Part shown: positions 1 through 10,466 of the stretch, one piece after another
Position numbering within the stretch: the stretch's first letter is position 1
Layout of the letters: every line of letters begins with the position of its first letter
From: Candidatus Babeliales bacterium
GTDB lineage: Bacteria > Babelota > Babeliae > Babelales > JANWKD01
Direction of reading: 5' to 3'
Assembly: GCA_963722255.1 (NCBI GenBank)
Contig: CAVRJO010000001.1
Coordinates: 608,001 to 672,000 of the forward strand
DNA: 64,000 bases
Notes under the pieces: model-generated
Seen by the model: only the letters and a program-made list of their open reading frames with translations
The model's database searches: none
What the model was told of the DNA's origin: nothing
Translations under genes and position numbers: made by a program

Positions 1-131
1 TCGATGTAATTACTATTGAAGATAACTATGGCTACCCTGAAATAAGAACACTCATGCGTGAAAAAGGATTTGTCCTTATCACCTACCTAAGCCAAGACCT
101 TCTTTATAGAAATAAAAAATATTGCTCATAA
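1..131 (+). CDS. 3' end of a gene running in from the window edge; probable FkbM-family methyltransferase
   Basis: Open frame from nt 3 reads DVITIEDNYGYPEIRTLMREKGFVLITYLSQDLLYRNKKYCS*, resembling FkbM C-termini. Confidence 0.5.
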   Translation, partial: DVITIEDNYGYPEIRTLMREKGFVLITYLSQDLLYRNKKYCS

Positions 132-181
132 ATAATAAAAATTGAATGGTGTAAACATATCTTTTTTTACACCATCTTTTT

Positions 182-700
182 TTAAATGACTGCCATAATT
201 TCTCGTGCAAATTCTCTTGCATGGCTAGGGCCTTCTGCTGTCACAATACGCCCATCGGTAACCACTCCGGATTCATCATCATAGATAACTGCATGTTTAT
301 CAAAAATTTCTTTTAATGCTTTATCTCCATCCCAACCTGTTGCTGTTTTAGCAGCCAATGCACCCGCTTTAGCCAATATACGGCTTGCACTGCAAATGCC
401 GGCAATAAGTTTTTCTGCCATCACTGCTTTTTGGATAACGCGATAGCTCGCATCATTATCTAAAAGTTCCAATGCCCCGGGGCCGCCGACAAATACAATG
501 CCATCACACGTCAATGGATCAAAGTGTGATAATGCCAGATCAACCTTTGTTGTTGTGCCATCTTCTGCCACTGCTGTTCCCGGTTTATCACTCACCGTCA
601 CCACCGCATAGCCGGCCTCTTCAAGCATCTTTTTTGGAATACCATATTCAACGGGCTGATAGTTCTTGTGTGCAATAACTAACGCAATTTTTTTTACCAT
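182..700 (-). CDS. DJ-1/PfpI family protein
   Basis: FVGGPGA and AGIC nucleophile-elbow motifs; VTDGRIVTAEGP. Confidence 0.9.
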   Translation of the reverse strand: MVKKIALVIAHKNYQPVEYGIPKKMLEEAGYAVVTVSDKPGTAVAEDGTTTKVDLALSHFDPLTCDGIVFVGGPGALELLDNDASYRVIQKAVMAEKLIAGICSASRILAKAGALAAKTATGWDGDKALKEIFDKHAVIYDDESGVVTDGRIVTAEGPSHAREFAREIMAVI

Positions 701-730
701 TATTCACTCCTTTGTATCTATTCTATTGAT

Positions 731-783
731 TGGATCATCACGACCCATGCTCCGCCAATGCTGCGCAGAGGATCTCATGATGA
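731..783. repeat. Degenerate REP-like palindromic element
   Basis: TGGATCATCACG...CTCATGATGAC ends resemble the CTGGATCCCACG...CTCTGGATGAC arms at 36.7, 38.2 and 51.0 kb. Confidence 0.35.
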
Positions 784-889
784 CCACATGTTAACATATG
801 GTCATTTACAAAGATTAATAACTATCTTAAGCTTTTTGCAACTAATCACAGTAAATCATTACCTAAATTATATGTAGGATGTAAAACGC

Positions 890-1216
890 ATGATAAAAAA
901 CATGTATAAATATTTTTTTCTTACAGCATCTCTGCTCTTTTTTACACCAAAGACAATGGCCAATGCTGAAGAAGAGCCCGTAGTAACTGAAACTATGATT
1001 ATAGAAGATGAAGATTCTGATTCGGTTTTTTATGATCATCTTGATTATTTAGCTGATCATCAACCGGAAACAGTAGAGCAGCAATCACCTATGCTTCAAT
1101 GGCTCAAAAACAAATTTGGTCCTCTTTATATAGCTCTTCTTTTTCAGTTAGGCCGGACACAAGATTATTTCGCTAAAAAATGGCAAGCTCTTAAACGCTC
1201 TTTACCACTCTACTAA
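890..1216 (+). CDS. Hypothetical protein with signal peptide and acidic region
   Basis: 108 aa ORF, hydrophobic N-terminus, 2 nt upstream of rsmE. Confidence 0.7.
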   Translation: MIKNMYKYFFLTASLLFFTPKTMANAEEEPVVTETMIIEDEDSDSVFYDHLDYLADHQPETVEQQSPMLQWLKNKFGPLYIALLFQLGRTQDYFAKKWQALKRSLPLY

Positions 1217-1218
1217 CC

Positions 1219-1980
1219 ATGAAGCATGAACTTACGAGCCATATTTTCGCACTACATATTCAACCAGTTCCTGAATCTACTCCGGGTGGAACAATTACCA
1301 TTTCAAATAAGGATTTCTACTTTCGTATAGTTACGGTTCTTAGGTTAAATGCGGGAGCACCCCTTATTCTTTTTGACCACAATCATCACCTAACGTGCAC
1401 GATTGATGAGATTACAAAAAAAGATATTCGATTGACCGTTAACAAAAGAGATGAAAATGATCGTTATTCTCCTGAAATTACCTGCATTGTTCCCCTTTTA
1501 AAACGTGAAGCTTTAGAGACTCTTATTGATTCTTTAACACAACTTGGTGCAACAACAATTCAGATGACGACAACCCAAAAATCGCATCGCACAAAATTGG
1601 ACCAAAAAGAGTTTGATCGTCTTGAAAGAATCATGATCGCTGCCGCAGAACAGTCAAAAAACTATAACTATCCCCTATTGAAAAAAGTTGAATCTTTAAT
1701 GAATATACCATTTGATACAGCAAAAACTCCTACCCTGTTTCTGGACCCTGAAGGAGACAACTGTTTTGCTCTAGTAAGCAAACTCAAATCAGCGCCACCA
1801 CAATCTATTACTCTTATTATTGGCCCTGAAGGAGATTTAACCCCGCAAGAAAAAGCATTTTTAGTACAAAAAAAAGTTATGTTCATGGCCCTTACACCAA
1901 CAATCTTACGAGCAGAACAGGCTGCTGCAGTTGCTTTAGGAATTATGCGTTCAACGTTCAACAAGAAAAACAATAATTGA
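1219..1980 (+). CDS. rsmE: 16S rRNA (uracil1498-N3)-methyltransferase
   Basis: AAAEQS, LIIGPEGDL and ILRAEQAA SPOUT motifs. Confidence 0.92.
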   Translation: MKHELTSHIFALHIQPVPESTPGGTITISNKDFYFRIVTVLRLNAGAPLILFDHNHHLTCTIDEITKKDIRLTVNKRDENDRYSPEITCIVPLLKREALETLIDSLTQLGATTIQMTTTQKSHRTKLDQKEFDRLERIMIAAAEQSKNYNYPLLKKVESLMNIPFDTAKTPTLFLDPEGDNCFALVSKLKSAPPQSITLIIGPEGDLTPQEKAFLVQKKVMFMALTPTILRAEQAAAVALGIMRSTFNKKNNN

Positions 1981-2041
1981 CAACTGTCACATTTAATAGA
2001 ATAATTAATAGGTATTTCATTAATAACTGAAAGGATCTTCT

Positions 2042-2434
2042 GTGATTACAAAAATAACGCATATTACCTTATTTGTTGACAACCAAGACGATGCACTTCA
2101 TTTTTATACAAATATTTTAGGATTCAAACTTCATACTGACGCAGTTATGGAAAATGGTTTTAGATGGCTCACTCTTTGCCTTAAAAATCAACCTGACGTT
2201 GAACTTGCTCTAATACCCGCAACGACTCCGGAAGAAAAGGCTCTTGTTGGTAAACAAGGCGGTTCCCATCCTCTTTTATGTCTTCAAACAGATGATTGCA
2301 AAAAAGATTATGATTTGCTTAAAGCAAACGGCGTTGTATTCACGCAAGAACCTAAAGAAGAGCCTTGGGGCGTTTCTGCATTATGCAAAGATCTTTATGG
2401 CAATATGTTATATATTAACCAACCGATTCATTAA
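2042..2434 (+). CDS. VOC/glyoxalase family protein
   Basis: HITLFVDNQDDALHFY, EEPWG and DLYGN motifs. Confidence 0.9.
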   Translation: MITKITHITLFVDNQDDALHFYTNILGFKLHTDAVMENGFRWLTLCLKNQPDVELALIPATTPEEKALVGKQGGSHPLLCLQTDDCKKDYDLLKANGVVFTQEPKEEPWGVSALCKDLYGNMLYINQPIH

Positions 2435-2436
2435 TA

Positions 2437-3426
2437 TTACTGCGATTGTAATTCAAGAAGGGTATTAGATTCACCTTCGATTAATCTAATACCCACCTGA
2501 GAAAAGCTACTATCTTTATACAACAACTTTTGTGGCAATGGTTTAATCTCTAGAGTATATTTTTTATCAAGTGTAAGCAGTATCGGCTCCTTTGCAATTC
2601 TTAATAATTTTCCTTTTTTTTGAGTTAGTTCATAGCGCAAACGGCCATATTTTTGCAAAAGCCGCTTGTTACTTTCTCCATGCCATGTTACTAAATAAAG
2701 TGATGCAACGTGCATCAGACGACAGATCTGAGCTGCATAATCGAGCGTTAAAATAGTAGGTCTTGTTAAAATCAAACTATCTATTTTCATAGATCCAAAA
2801 TTTTCTACAATCTCTTTTATTAACGTATATTCGACCCAATTAGAATTTACTCGTTTACCAATAACGCCCGGATCAATGACCGTAAGCGTTGATCGAGTTT
2901 TTATGAGTGTCACAAAACCACCATTGCATGGTATCTGCTTAATGATTAAAGGCTCTTTACAATCCCATTTGAGCACACTACATATCAAACTTATCAACAC
3001 TATAAAGCATCCGGTTCTTATGAGCGGATTAGAAAGTTTTTTGCAATGAAGAATGAAAAAAGAAGAGAGAAAAATGGTACACAATATCCAAAAAGAAGGC
3101 TTGGCAAAACCAACAAGCCAATGCGAGCTGCCGCATGCAATACACCAGGACCATAGCTGAGTACAACACTCCAACCCATACACCAAATAGCCATTTGGGA
3201 GATGGCAAAGTTCAAAAAAAAAGAGCAAAGAAGAAAGAAGCAAAAACAACGTTAAAAATGGAGAAAAAATCAGATTGCCTACAAGTGACATAATCGAAAT
3301 TGGCAAACCCCATGCAATTAAAATCGGTAATGAAACTAATGCCATAAACAACTGCAATTGAACAAAGAAAATTAGTTTTGATAACAGATTTGTATATAAT
3401 CGTTTCAAATATAAATAAGTTTGCAT
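2437..3426 (-). CDS. ComEC/Rec2-like membrane protein (competence-domain helices plus degenerate MBL-like domain)
   Basis: LVSLPILIAWGLPISIMSLVGNLIFSP resembles the ComEC membrane segment; VIDPG and IDSLILTRP resemble MBL motifs without the metal ligands. Confidence 0.6.
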   Translation of the reverse strand: MQTYLYLKRLYTNLLSKLIFFVQLQLFMALVSLPILIAWGLPISIMSLVGNLIFSPFLTLFLLLSSLLFFFELCHLPNGYLVYGLECCTQLWSWCIACGSSHWLVGFAKPSFWILCTIFLSSFFILHCKKLSNPLIRTGCFIVLISLICSVLKWDCKEPLIIKQIPCNGGFVTLIKTRSTLTVIDPGVIGKRVNSNWVEYTLIKEIVENFGSMKIDSLILTRPTILTLDYAAQICRLMHVASLYLVTWHGESNKRLLQKYGRLRYELTQKKGKLLRIAKEPILLTLDKKYTLEIKPLPQKLLYKDSSFSQVGIRLIEGESNTLLELQSQ

Positions 3427-3622
3427 GAATGATTCGAGGAATAAAAGATTATTTTTTCTTTTTATAATACTCAAATTATAACTATTTGGCGAATTATATT
3501 TTTATTTGTGTTTCTTATTGTGTTTTTGGCTTAATAAAAATATTTTATTAAAGGTATATTGAGTGTCCAATATACCTTAGTAAAAAAACTTTGTGGCAAA
3601 CAAAATACCTAAGAAAAATAAT

Positions 3623-4486
3623 TTATGCCTGGCCGGCACGAGGCTGTTCATGAATATCTCTATTTAAAAGGGTCACCTCAATCGATGGATTAAAGCGCAA
3701 TGATGCTGCACTCAAATTTGATGATGTTCTAATTAATTTTGCACATTTCGATAAGAGCATACAATCCAGAACTGCATCCTCTCCTTTTTTATAATTATAC
3801 GCGCCTCTGTGAGACGTATAATGCACAGGATATCCATTTGCTGAACGTATCGCATCAACTGCTAAAATTTTTCCGGGAAAATTTTTACGCATTTCTTCAA
3901 GAAATTTTTCTTCATCAGTTGCAACAAATATTTTTATATTTTTGTCTTTTTCTTCTTCAGCTTTGAGAAGCTTGATAAGCACGTCATAGCCAACCTTCGG
4001 AGCTTCTATTATTTTATCTGTTCCTCGGTAATGAACTCCTATAACGCGATGACCTTTAAAATGATCACTAACAAATTGATCAATCTTTTTTTGTAGATGT
4101 GGTTTTATTTTTACATACTTTTTAATGAGTTCCTGTCCTCTTTCAACAGACATCTGATGAGCTGCAATAATAGAAAATCCGGAATGTTTATCGTCATGAA
4201 ATATTTTAATATTCTTCTTATCAACATTAAATTCAATAGGTTCAAAATAGTAGTTCCACCAATTGTAACCATGCTTAGCATCGTAATATAAACCTTTTGT
4301 TTCAAAATCGACAACAAGGCCCGTACAGTCTTCGGTGGACTTATCATAAAAATCCAAAGCACCCAATACAGTAAAAAATTCACTAAAAAAACCGGGATTA
4401 TAATGTGTTGCTGTAAGCTTATATGTTATCGGATATATTGCATGAGTCATAATAAGAAAATAAAAAATAATAGTATTAATCTTCAT
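3623..4486 (-). CDS. NodZ-like (GT23/O-FucT fold) fucosyltransferase with signal peptide
   Basis: VIGVHYRGTDK, IFVATDE, LLSKC...SSNLS motifs. Confidence 0.8.
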   Translation of the reverse strand: MKINTIIFYFLIMTHAIYPITYKLTATHYNPGFFSEFFTVLGALDFYDKSTEDCTGLVVDFETKGLYYDAKHGYNWWNYYFEPIEFNVDKKNIKIFHDDKHSGFSIIAAHQMSVERGQELIKKYVKIKPHLQKKIDQFVSDHFKGHRVIGVHYRGTDKIIEAPKVGYDVLIKLLKAEEEKDKNIKIFVATDEEKFLEEMRKNFPGKILAVDAIRSANGYPVHYTSHRGAYNYKKGEDAVLDCMLLSKCAKLIRTSSNLSAASLRFNPSIEVTLLNRDIHEQPRAGQA

Positions 4487-4549
4487 AAAGAATTAACTTT
4501 CAATAAAACTGTTAGTATAGCTCCAAAAATATGGCTCGTTCACTCTAAC

Positions 4550-5425
4550 TCATCGTTTATTAAAAACACAATGCTCCAAATCCATTTCATGAATTCCTCT
4601 ACTTAAAAGAATAACATCCATAAATGGATTAAATCTCGCTGATGCTGAACTCAAATTTGATGAAGTTTTATAGAGTTTTGAACATTTTGATAATAAAATA
4701 CAATCCATAACAGCGTCTTCTCCTTTTTTATAATTATAAGCCCCATTATGCGATGTATAATGAACAGGATATCCACCTTGAGAGCGAAGTACAGAAGCTG
4801 CAATGATCTTTCCCGGAAAATTTTTATACATCTCTTTAAGAAACTTTTCCTCATCTGTTGCAACAAAAATTTTTAGATTTGGATCTTGAGCACACTCATT
4901 TTTCATAAGTTTAATCATTACTTTATAGGGCACAAGTGGCGATTCTGTTGATTTATCAGTCCCTCGATAATGAACCCCGATCACATGATGACCCTCAAAA
5001 TGCTCTTTTACAAATTCATCTATCTTTTTTTGTAGATGTGGTTTTAACTTTATATATTTTTGAATAAGTTCATATCCTCGCTCACGTGACATTTGATAGC
5101 CTGCAGTTACAGAAAAAAAGGAATGTTTATTTTTTGGAAATATTTCTCGTGGAGGGTTGTCTACACCAAGATTTATAGGCTCAAAATAATATTCCCACCA
5201 ATTAGGACCATACTTGACATCGTAATATAATCCTTGTTTGCCAAAATCGACAATAAGACCATCACAATTATCTATCCCCTTTTCATAAAAGTCTAATGCC
5301 CCAACAACGCTAAAAAATATACTAAAAAATCCGGGGTTTTGTGGCGTCGCTCCAAGATAATATGTTATTGGATAGAGGGTATGACACATAATAAAAAAAT
5401 AAAAAATAATAATGTTTTTCTTCAT
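4550..5425 (-). CDS. NodZ-like fucosyltransferase; tandem paralog of 3623..4486
   Basis: Same motifs; long identical stretches with its neighbour. Confidence 0.8.
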   Translation of the reverse strand: MKKNIIIFYFFIMCHTLYPITYYLGATPQNPGFFSIFFSVVGALDFYEKGIDNCDGLIVDFGKQGLYYDVKYGPNWWEYYFEPINLGVDNPPREIFPKNKHSFFSVTAGYQMSRERGYELIQKYIKLKPHLQKKIDEFVKEHFEGHHVIGVHYRGTDKSTESPLVPYKVMIKLMKNECAQDPNLKIFVATDEEKFLKEMYKNFPGKIIAASVLRSQGGYPVHYTSHNGAYNYKKGEDAVMDCILLSKCSKLYKTSSNLSSASARFNPFMDVILLSRGIHEMDLEHCVFNKR

Positions 5426-5630
5426 AAAAATTTCTCCAACTCGTTATAAATTCCAAAAACTGCTTTGGCTCCTTCTATTCATGTAAAAATTTCAACTCTA
5501 TCTTGAGAAGATTAATCGTAAAAAATAATATTTGTCAAACTTACTCGCATGGAAATTATTACTAAAGTTGCAAAAGCCTACAATTTGATTAAATTCTACT
5601 CATAATTGTTACCCAAGTCGGAGTTAGTAG

Positions 5631-6635
5631 ATGAAAAAAAAAATCTCAATAATCATACCAATTTACAATGAAGAAGCCATATTAAACCTCCTGTATAATA
5701 AAATCAATACGGTAATTGAACAGATAAATAGCAAATATGTTTATGAAATTATTTTCATCAATGATGGTAGCCGTGATAGCTCATGGCAGATTATTAGCAA
5801 TTTCGCGGCCTCAGATTCTCATATTAAAGCAATCAATTTTAGCAGAAACTTTGGGCAACAAATGGCTTTGACTGCAGGGTATGATTATGCTTCAGGAGAT
5901 GCCATCATTACGCTTGATGCTGACTTGCAAGATCCTCCACATCTTATAGTTGAAATGATAGAAGCTTGGGAAAAAGGATCTAAAATTGTGTATGCAAAAA
6001 GAATCGAAAGGAATGATTCTTTCCTTAAAAATGTAACTGCAAAGCTCTATTGCAGATTTTTGGATTATATGTCGGATATTAAAATTCCTTACGACGTTGG
6101 TGATTTTCGTTTAATTGATAAAGTAGTTTTACAAGCACTGCGTTCTTGTCGAGAAAAATCGAGATTTTTACGAGGAATGGTCGCATGGACAGGATTTACT
6201 TATACATTCGTAAATTTTACAAGACCTGAACGCAATACGGGCAAAAGCGCTTACACATGGGCAAAACTATTTAAAATTGCTGTTGATGGATTAACCGGCT
6301 TTTCATTATTTCCCCTTAAGCTTGCAGCATTTGTTGGAATATTTGTTACTATAACGGGAATGCTCATGTTCAGCTATATCACGCTGGATGCATTATTTTT
6401 CGATGGTGTTTATCCTTTGTTCAAATGGCTTGTTACCATAATATATATTTTTATGGGAGTACAGTTTGGGCTTTTGTGGCTCATTGGAGAATATATTGGA
6501 AGAATTCATGATCAGCTTAAAAATAGACCTTTGTATATTATTGAAGAAACGATTGATCATGATTTGTATTCCATGCAAAAATCTGAATATATGAAGCCTC
6601 AATCAAATAAACCTGTTAACACATTATATTTTTAA
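5631..6635 (+). CDS. GT2 polyprenol-phosphate glycosyltransferase (GtrB/ArnC-like)
   Basis: IIIPIYNEE, NDGSRD, SRNFGQ, DADLQDPP, GDFRLID; two C-terminal TM helices; RPLYII. Confidence 0.92.
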   Translation: MKKKISIIIPIYNEEAILNLLYNKINTVIEQINSKYVYEIIFINDGSRDSSWQIISNFAASDSHIKAINFSRNFGQQMALTAGYDYASGDAIITLDADLQDPPHLIVEMIEAWEKGSKIVYAKRIERNDSFLKNVTAKLYCRFLDYMSDIKIPYDVGDFRLIDKVVLQALRSCREKSRFLRGMVAWTGFTYTFVNFTRPERNTGKSAYTWAKLFKIAVDGLTGFSLFPLKLAAFVGIFVTITGMLMFSYITLDALFFDGVYPLFKWLVTIIYIFMGVQFGLLWLIGEYIGRIHDQLKNRPLYIIEETIDHDLYSMQKSEYMKPQSNKPVNTLYF

Positions 6636-6686
6636 TACCTTTACAAAAAACTTTTGCATACTATTGTGCTAAAAAAAGGAGAATGA

Positions 6687-7382
6687 ATGAAAGCAGAATT
6701 TGATCTATACATAAAAGGGTACCGCGATGAAATCGATAAAAATCTTATAAGATTTTCCGGAGAATCAAGTAACTTTTTTGCAGATTATAAAGCATTAAAA
6801 TTAAAAGAATGGCTTCCTGAATATGGTAACAAGTCTCCCTTAATTGCTGATTTTGGCTGTGGTGACGGGTTAATGGCTTCCTATATTGCTAACTATTTTC
6901 CCCAAGCTAAAATCCATGGTATAGATCCATCTCCCGAGAGCATTAAAGTAGCCCAACAAAAATATCCACATTTTCATTTTACCATTAATTCTGATCAAAA
7001 ATCAGATCTCGATTTTGATGATAATTATTTTGATATTATCTATTCAGCGGGAACATTTCATCATATACCATTCAAATATCATGAAGGATATATACAAGAG
7101 ATTCATAGAATTTTAAAACCAAATGGAATCTTTATTCTTTACGAACTTAATCCTTTAAATCCATTAACATCATTAATATTTAGATTAAGTCCAATAGAAG
7201 TAAATGCCAAAATGCTTAATCCATGGTATGCATATCGGCTTCTTAAAAATTATGGAAAATTAACAAGAAAATTTAACTTCTTCTTTCCAAAATTTTTATC
7301 ATTCCTACGCCCAATAGAAAAATATATGACCAAGATACCATGTGGCGGATTATACGCCATTATGGTAAGGAAATCAAAATAG
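6687..7382 (+). CDS. Class I SAM-dependent methyltransferase
   Basis: DFGCGDG motif I; FHHI...RILKPNG. Confidence 0.9.
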   Translation: MKAEFDLYIKGYRDEIDKNLIRFSGESSNFFADYKALKLKEWLPEYGNKSPLIADFGCGDGLMASYIANYFPQAKIHGIDPSPESIKVAQQKYPHFHFTINSDQKSDLDFDDNYFDIIYSAGTFHHIPFKYHEGYIQEIHRILKPNGIFILYELNPLNPLTSLIFRLSPIEVNAKMLNPWYAYRLLKNYGKLTRKFNFFFPKFLSFLRPIEKYMTKIPCGGLYAIMVRKSK

Positions 7383-8535
7383 TGAGTAGTTAATAATGAT
7401 TATGATGGGTTGCAGATTGCAAAATCTTTATTATGTTCTTGAAGGATTTTTAAAAACAAATATCCCTCTTATAGGATGGAATGGTAGTTCATTAATCCCA
7501 TTCCTTGGTGCTGATGATATTGGTATCTATGTTATAATTCCCCAACTTGTCCGATTCTTTACTATAAATTTGGATCAAGCAATTAATCTCTTCTTTTATA
7601 CGCTTCTAGTCAGCAGTTTTTTATTAAGCTTATCTGGATTTTTTTTGTTATATAAAACATTTGTAACTCGTTGTATTGCAACAGGCTGGCTATTTTTTTT
7701 AGCATACTTCATTATGCGCTACAAAATTGGTGATGTATATCTTGCATATTGCATTGCGCATTTAGCAATTATTCCCTTATTTTTATATTTTATTACGTTT
7801 AAAAATTCGTCCTCACGAGCATTTTCATTCTATCTAATATTTGCAGGTATGCATTGTGGCATCTTACATTATATTCGTTCATTTTCAAGTCTTGGTGTGG
7901 TTATTTTTATGCTTTTTATACTTATCGCAGAAAAAAACTACCTCCTTAAAAAAAAGCTACTCTTATTAAGCTGCTTAGGCATTGGTATACTCTGTCCTTT
8001 TTTATATTTTAAAAATATTATTACAACCTATGAACAGTATGCCAGCAAAAATTTTACTTCATTCACTGAATTTCCAACAGTCCATCCCTTTTGGCACAAT
8101 ATATATTTGGGATTTGGTTTTTTAAATTTTGAAAATATTACCAAAATACAAATGAATGATGAATATGCTTGCTTAAAGGTCCAAGAAACTCATCCTGGCC
8201 TTACATTGGTAGATACTACACCCTACGAAGCGGTATTAAAAAATGAAGTAATTTCTTTATGTACAAAACGACCAATGTATGTTCTATTTACCGTTTTTGC
8301 AAAGCTTGGCATCCTCTTTTTATATCTTCTTATTTTTGCAAATCTTGGTATATTAGTGTTTTTCTAAGGCCTAAAAACTGGCTTCTTGAATTGGCATTTT
8401 TCATAGCAGGAATAGCAAATATGATTGTTCCAATAATTTCCGCTCCTTATTATTGGTATTCATTGGGGTTCATAACCATAGCATCTTTATATGGTATCGT
8501 AAGTTGCAATGAGGCAATAAGAAATTTAATATTTC

Positions 8536-10409
8536 GTCGGGTAAAGGCGGTGATTAACTCCCGTCCTCCCACACCACCGTACAAACCGTTCGGTATACGG
8601 CGGTTCATTAAGCGTGCGCAATTCCATTATATCTTTCAACCAAGACTTACAAGCCCTTGTTCTTCCAAGAACTTATTGCCAAACGCCGTATTCATCTGTT
8701 GTGTTTTTGCGAGTCTCCAGTATTTCTTCCCTGAGCTGCTATATTTGCAGCCCATTTTTCGGACACCCCGTTGCAATCAGGTTGCGTCTCATTGTTTTAC
8801 TGGTTCTTCCATTGTTTCAGTAGGCACATCCTCATTCTTCTACGTATCCATCCATCAAATTCTTCGAATATACTTGGTGTTTGGATGATCCCGAAGTAGC
8901 CACACCAACCATTCAGAAATTCATTTAGTTTTCTTATACGTTCTTTAATTGATATTCCCCAACTGCGTTACGTAAGTTGCGAATTTTCTCTTTAAACGTT
9001 TAATACTTCTTCGGCGCTATTCGCACCCGAACTTCCTTATCGACGGTGAATGAGAATCCAAGGAACTTTCGTTGCCATGGTTGTCTACCGCGCTTTTGGT
9101 TGCGTTTACTTTTAGTTTGAGTTGTTTTTCTACGAATCTTCGTTACATTTGCATACACTCGTTCACCTGCACGTTTGCTTTTGACGTATATATTACAATC
9201 ATCAGCATAACGTACAAACGATGTCCTCTTTCTGTAAGTTCTATGTCGAGTTCATTAAGCATGATGTTTGCCAGAAGTGGACTTATTGGGCCCCCTTGCG
9301 GTGTTCCTTCTTCTGATGCAACACAGACAGCCGTTTAGCATTACTCCTGCTTCAAGATATCGCGACAATTGCTTATTATGCGTTTTCTTCGTTATCTTCT
9401 GCTATTTTCCCATCAGTATATCGTGGTTAACTCGATCGAAGAACTTCTCAAGTCAATGTCCACTACAATTCTTTTCCTTTTTTTATGTAGCTTTGCGCTT
9501 TTCACAGCTTGCCTTGCACTTTTGCCTGGGCGAAATCCATAACTGTAGTCTGAAAATGTTGGTTCGAAGATTGGTGTTAGGACTTGTTGAATTGCCTGTT
9601 GGATAAAGCGATCGAGTACAGTTGGAATCCCTAATAGCCTCACTCCACCGTCTGGTTTCGGGATTTCGACTCGACGTACTGGAGCTGGTTTATAGGTTCC
9701 TTTAAGAAGCTGTTCTTTGATCGATTGCCAGTTTTGTTTAAGATATGGGCGCAATTCTTGACTCCCATACCATCTATTCCTGGCGCACCATTGTTGCTCC
9801 ACGCGTTTTAATGCTTTCTTCACATTCTCGTACTCAACCACTTTTTCCATCAGGTTGATTATAATGATTTGCGAGATATCTTTATTGGTTTGTGTCATGA
9901 GTATCTCTGCGCTTCATGAGGCCCTGGTGAATTCACCACGTTTTCCTCTGATGGTTCTCTTTTTTTTGGATTTTCTGCATTCATTGCATTCTCGTATGTA
10001 CTTACCAATTCATACTTTATCATTAATGTTCGGGCCTTCCCAAGTTTTTTTTTCCGGTACTATGCCCTCTGCTGACTTCTGTCCACTCAATCCTCTTTTT
10101 TTTTCGCGGAGGGTTGCCAACTTAGTCGGCTTGTTCACAGATCTCCCCGGGTAATTGCGCGACCTTTCATCTCCATCTACCTGCTCTATATACTCTCGAT
10201 GGCTTTGGCAACATGGATTTTGTCTTGTGTGGCAGACTCATCCAGCTATCGCTAGCCTCTATAGAGCTTCGTGTTCCTCAGGCCGGAAATTTGCCGCCGG
10301 CTTCCTTCAGATTCCACCTCGCGATGGACACCCTTGCCTTAAGCTAATGACTACGTTGCCTTCGCCATTCGGGACTTTCACCTATAGGTCGCGCCCATGC
10401 CGGGCGCAC
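8536..10409 (-). mobile_element. Group II intron, class IIC
   Basis: Minus strand starts GTGCGCCCGGCATGGGCG; domain V GAACCGCCGTATACCGAACGGTTTGTACGGTGGTG with CGC triad; ends CCGAC; ~1.87 kb; inserted just downstream of a hairpin plus T-tract. Confidence 0.93.
8608..9850 (-). pseudogene. ltrA: Intron-encoded reverse transcriptase/maturase without En domain; multiple frameshifts as assembled
   Basis: VRRVEIPKPDGGVRLLGIPTVLDRFIQQA, YSYGFRPGKS, RYADD near 9195-9210. Confidence 0.85.
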
Positions 10410-10466
10410 CAAAAAAATCTGCTTGTAAAACACAAGCAATTCAATTTTCATAAAAAAAGGAAAATA

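Larger units (their letters stand above)
7396..10453 (+). pseudogene. Multi-pass membrane protein (GT-C-like, paralog of 15727..16917); 1-nt frameshift near 8360 and 3' end split by the group II intron
   Basis: Shares DDIGIYV.IPQLVRFF and H.FWH.IYLGFGFLN with the paralog; frame resumes as LRPKNWLLELAF; removing 8536..10409 gives ...[18 protein letters not shown] ending at 10453. Confidence 0.7.

Noticed and set aside
8608..9898. Retron, DGR or defence-associated reverse transcriptase
   Set aside because: Group II intron 5' end, domain V and domain VI are all present around the RT
8614..10466. Plus-strand ORFs within the intron
   Set aside because: Antisense to the intron RNA and RT, with no recognisable motifs
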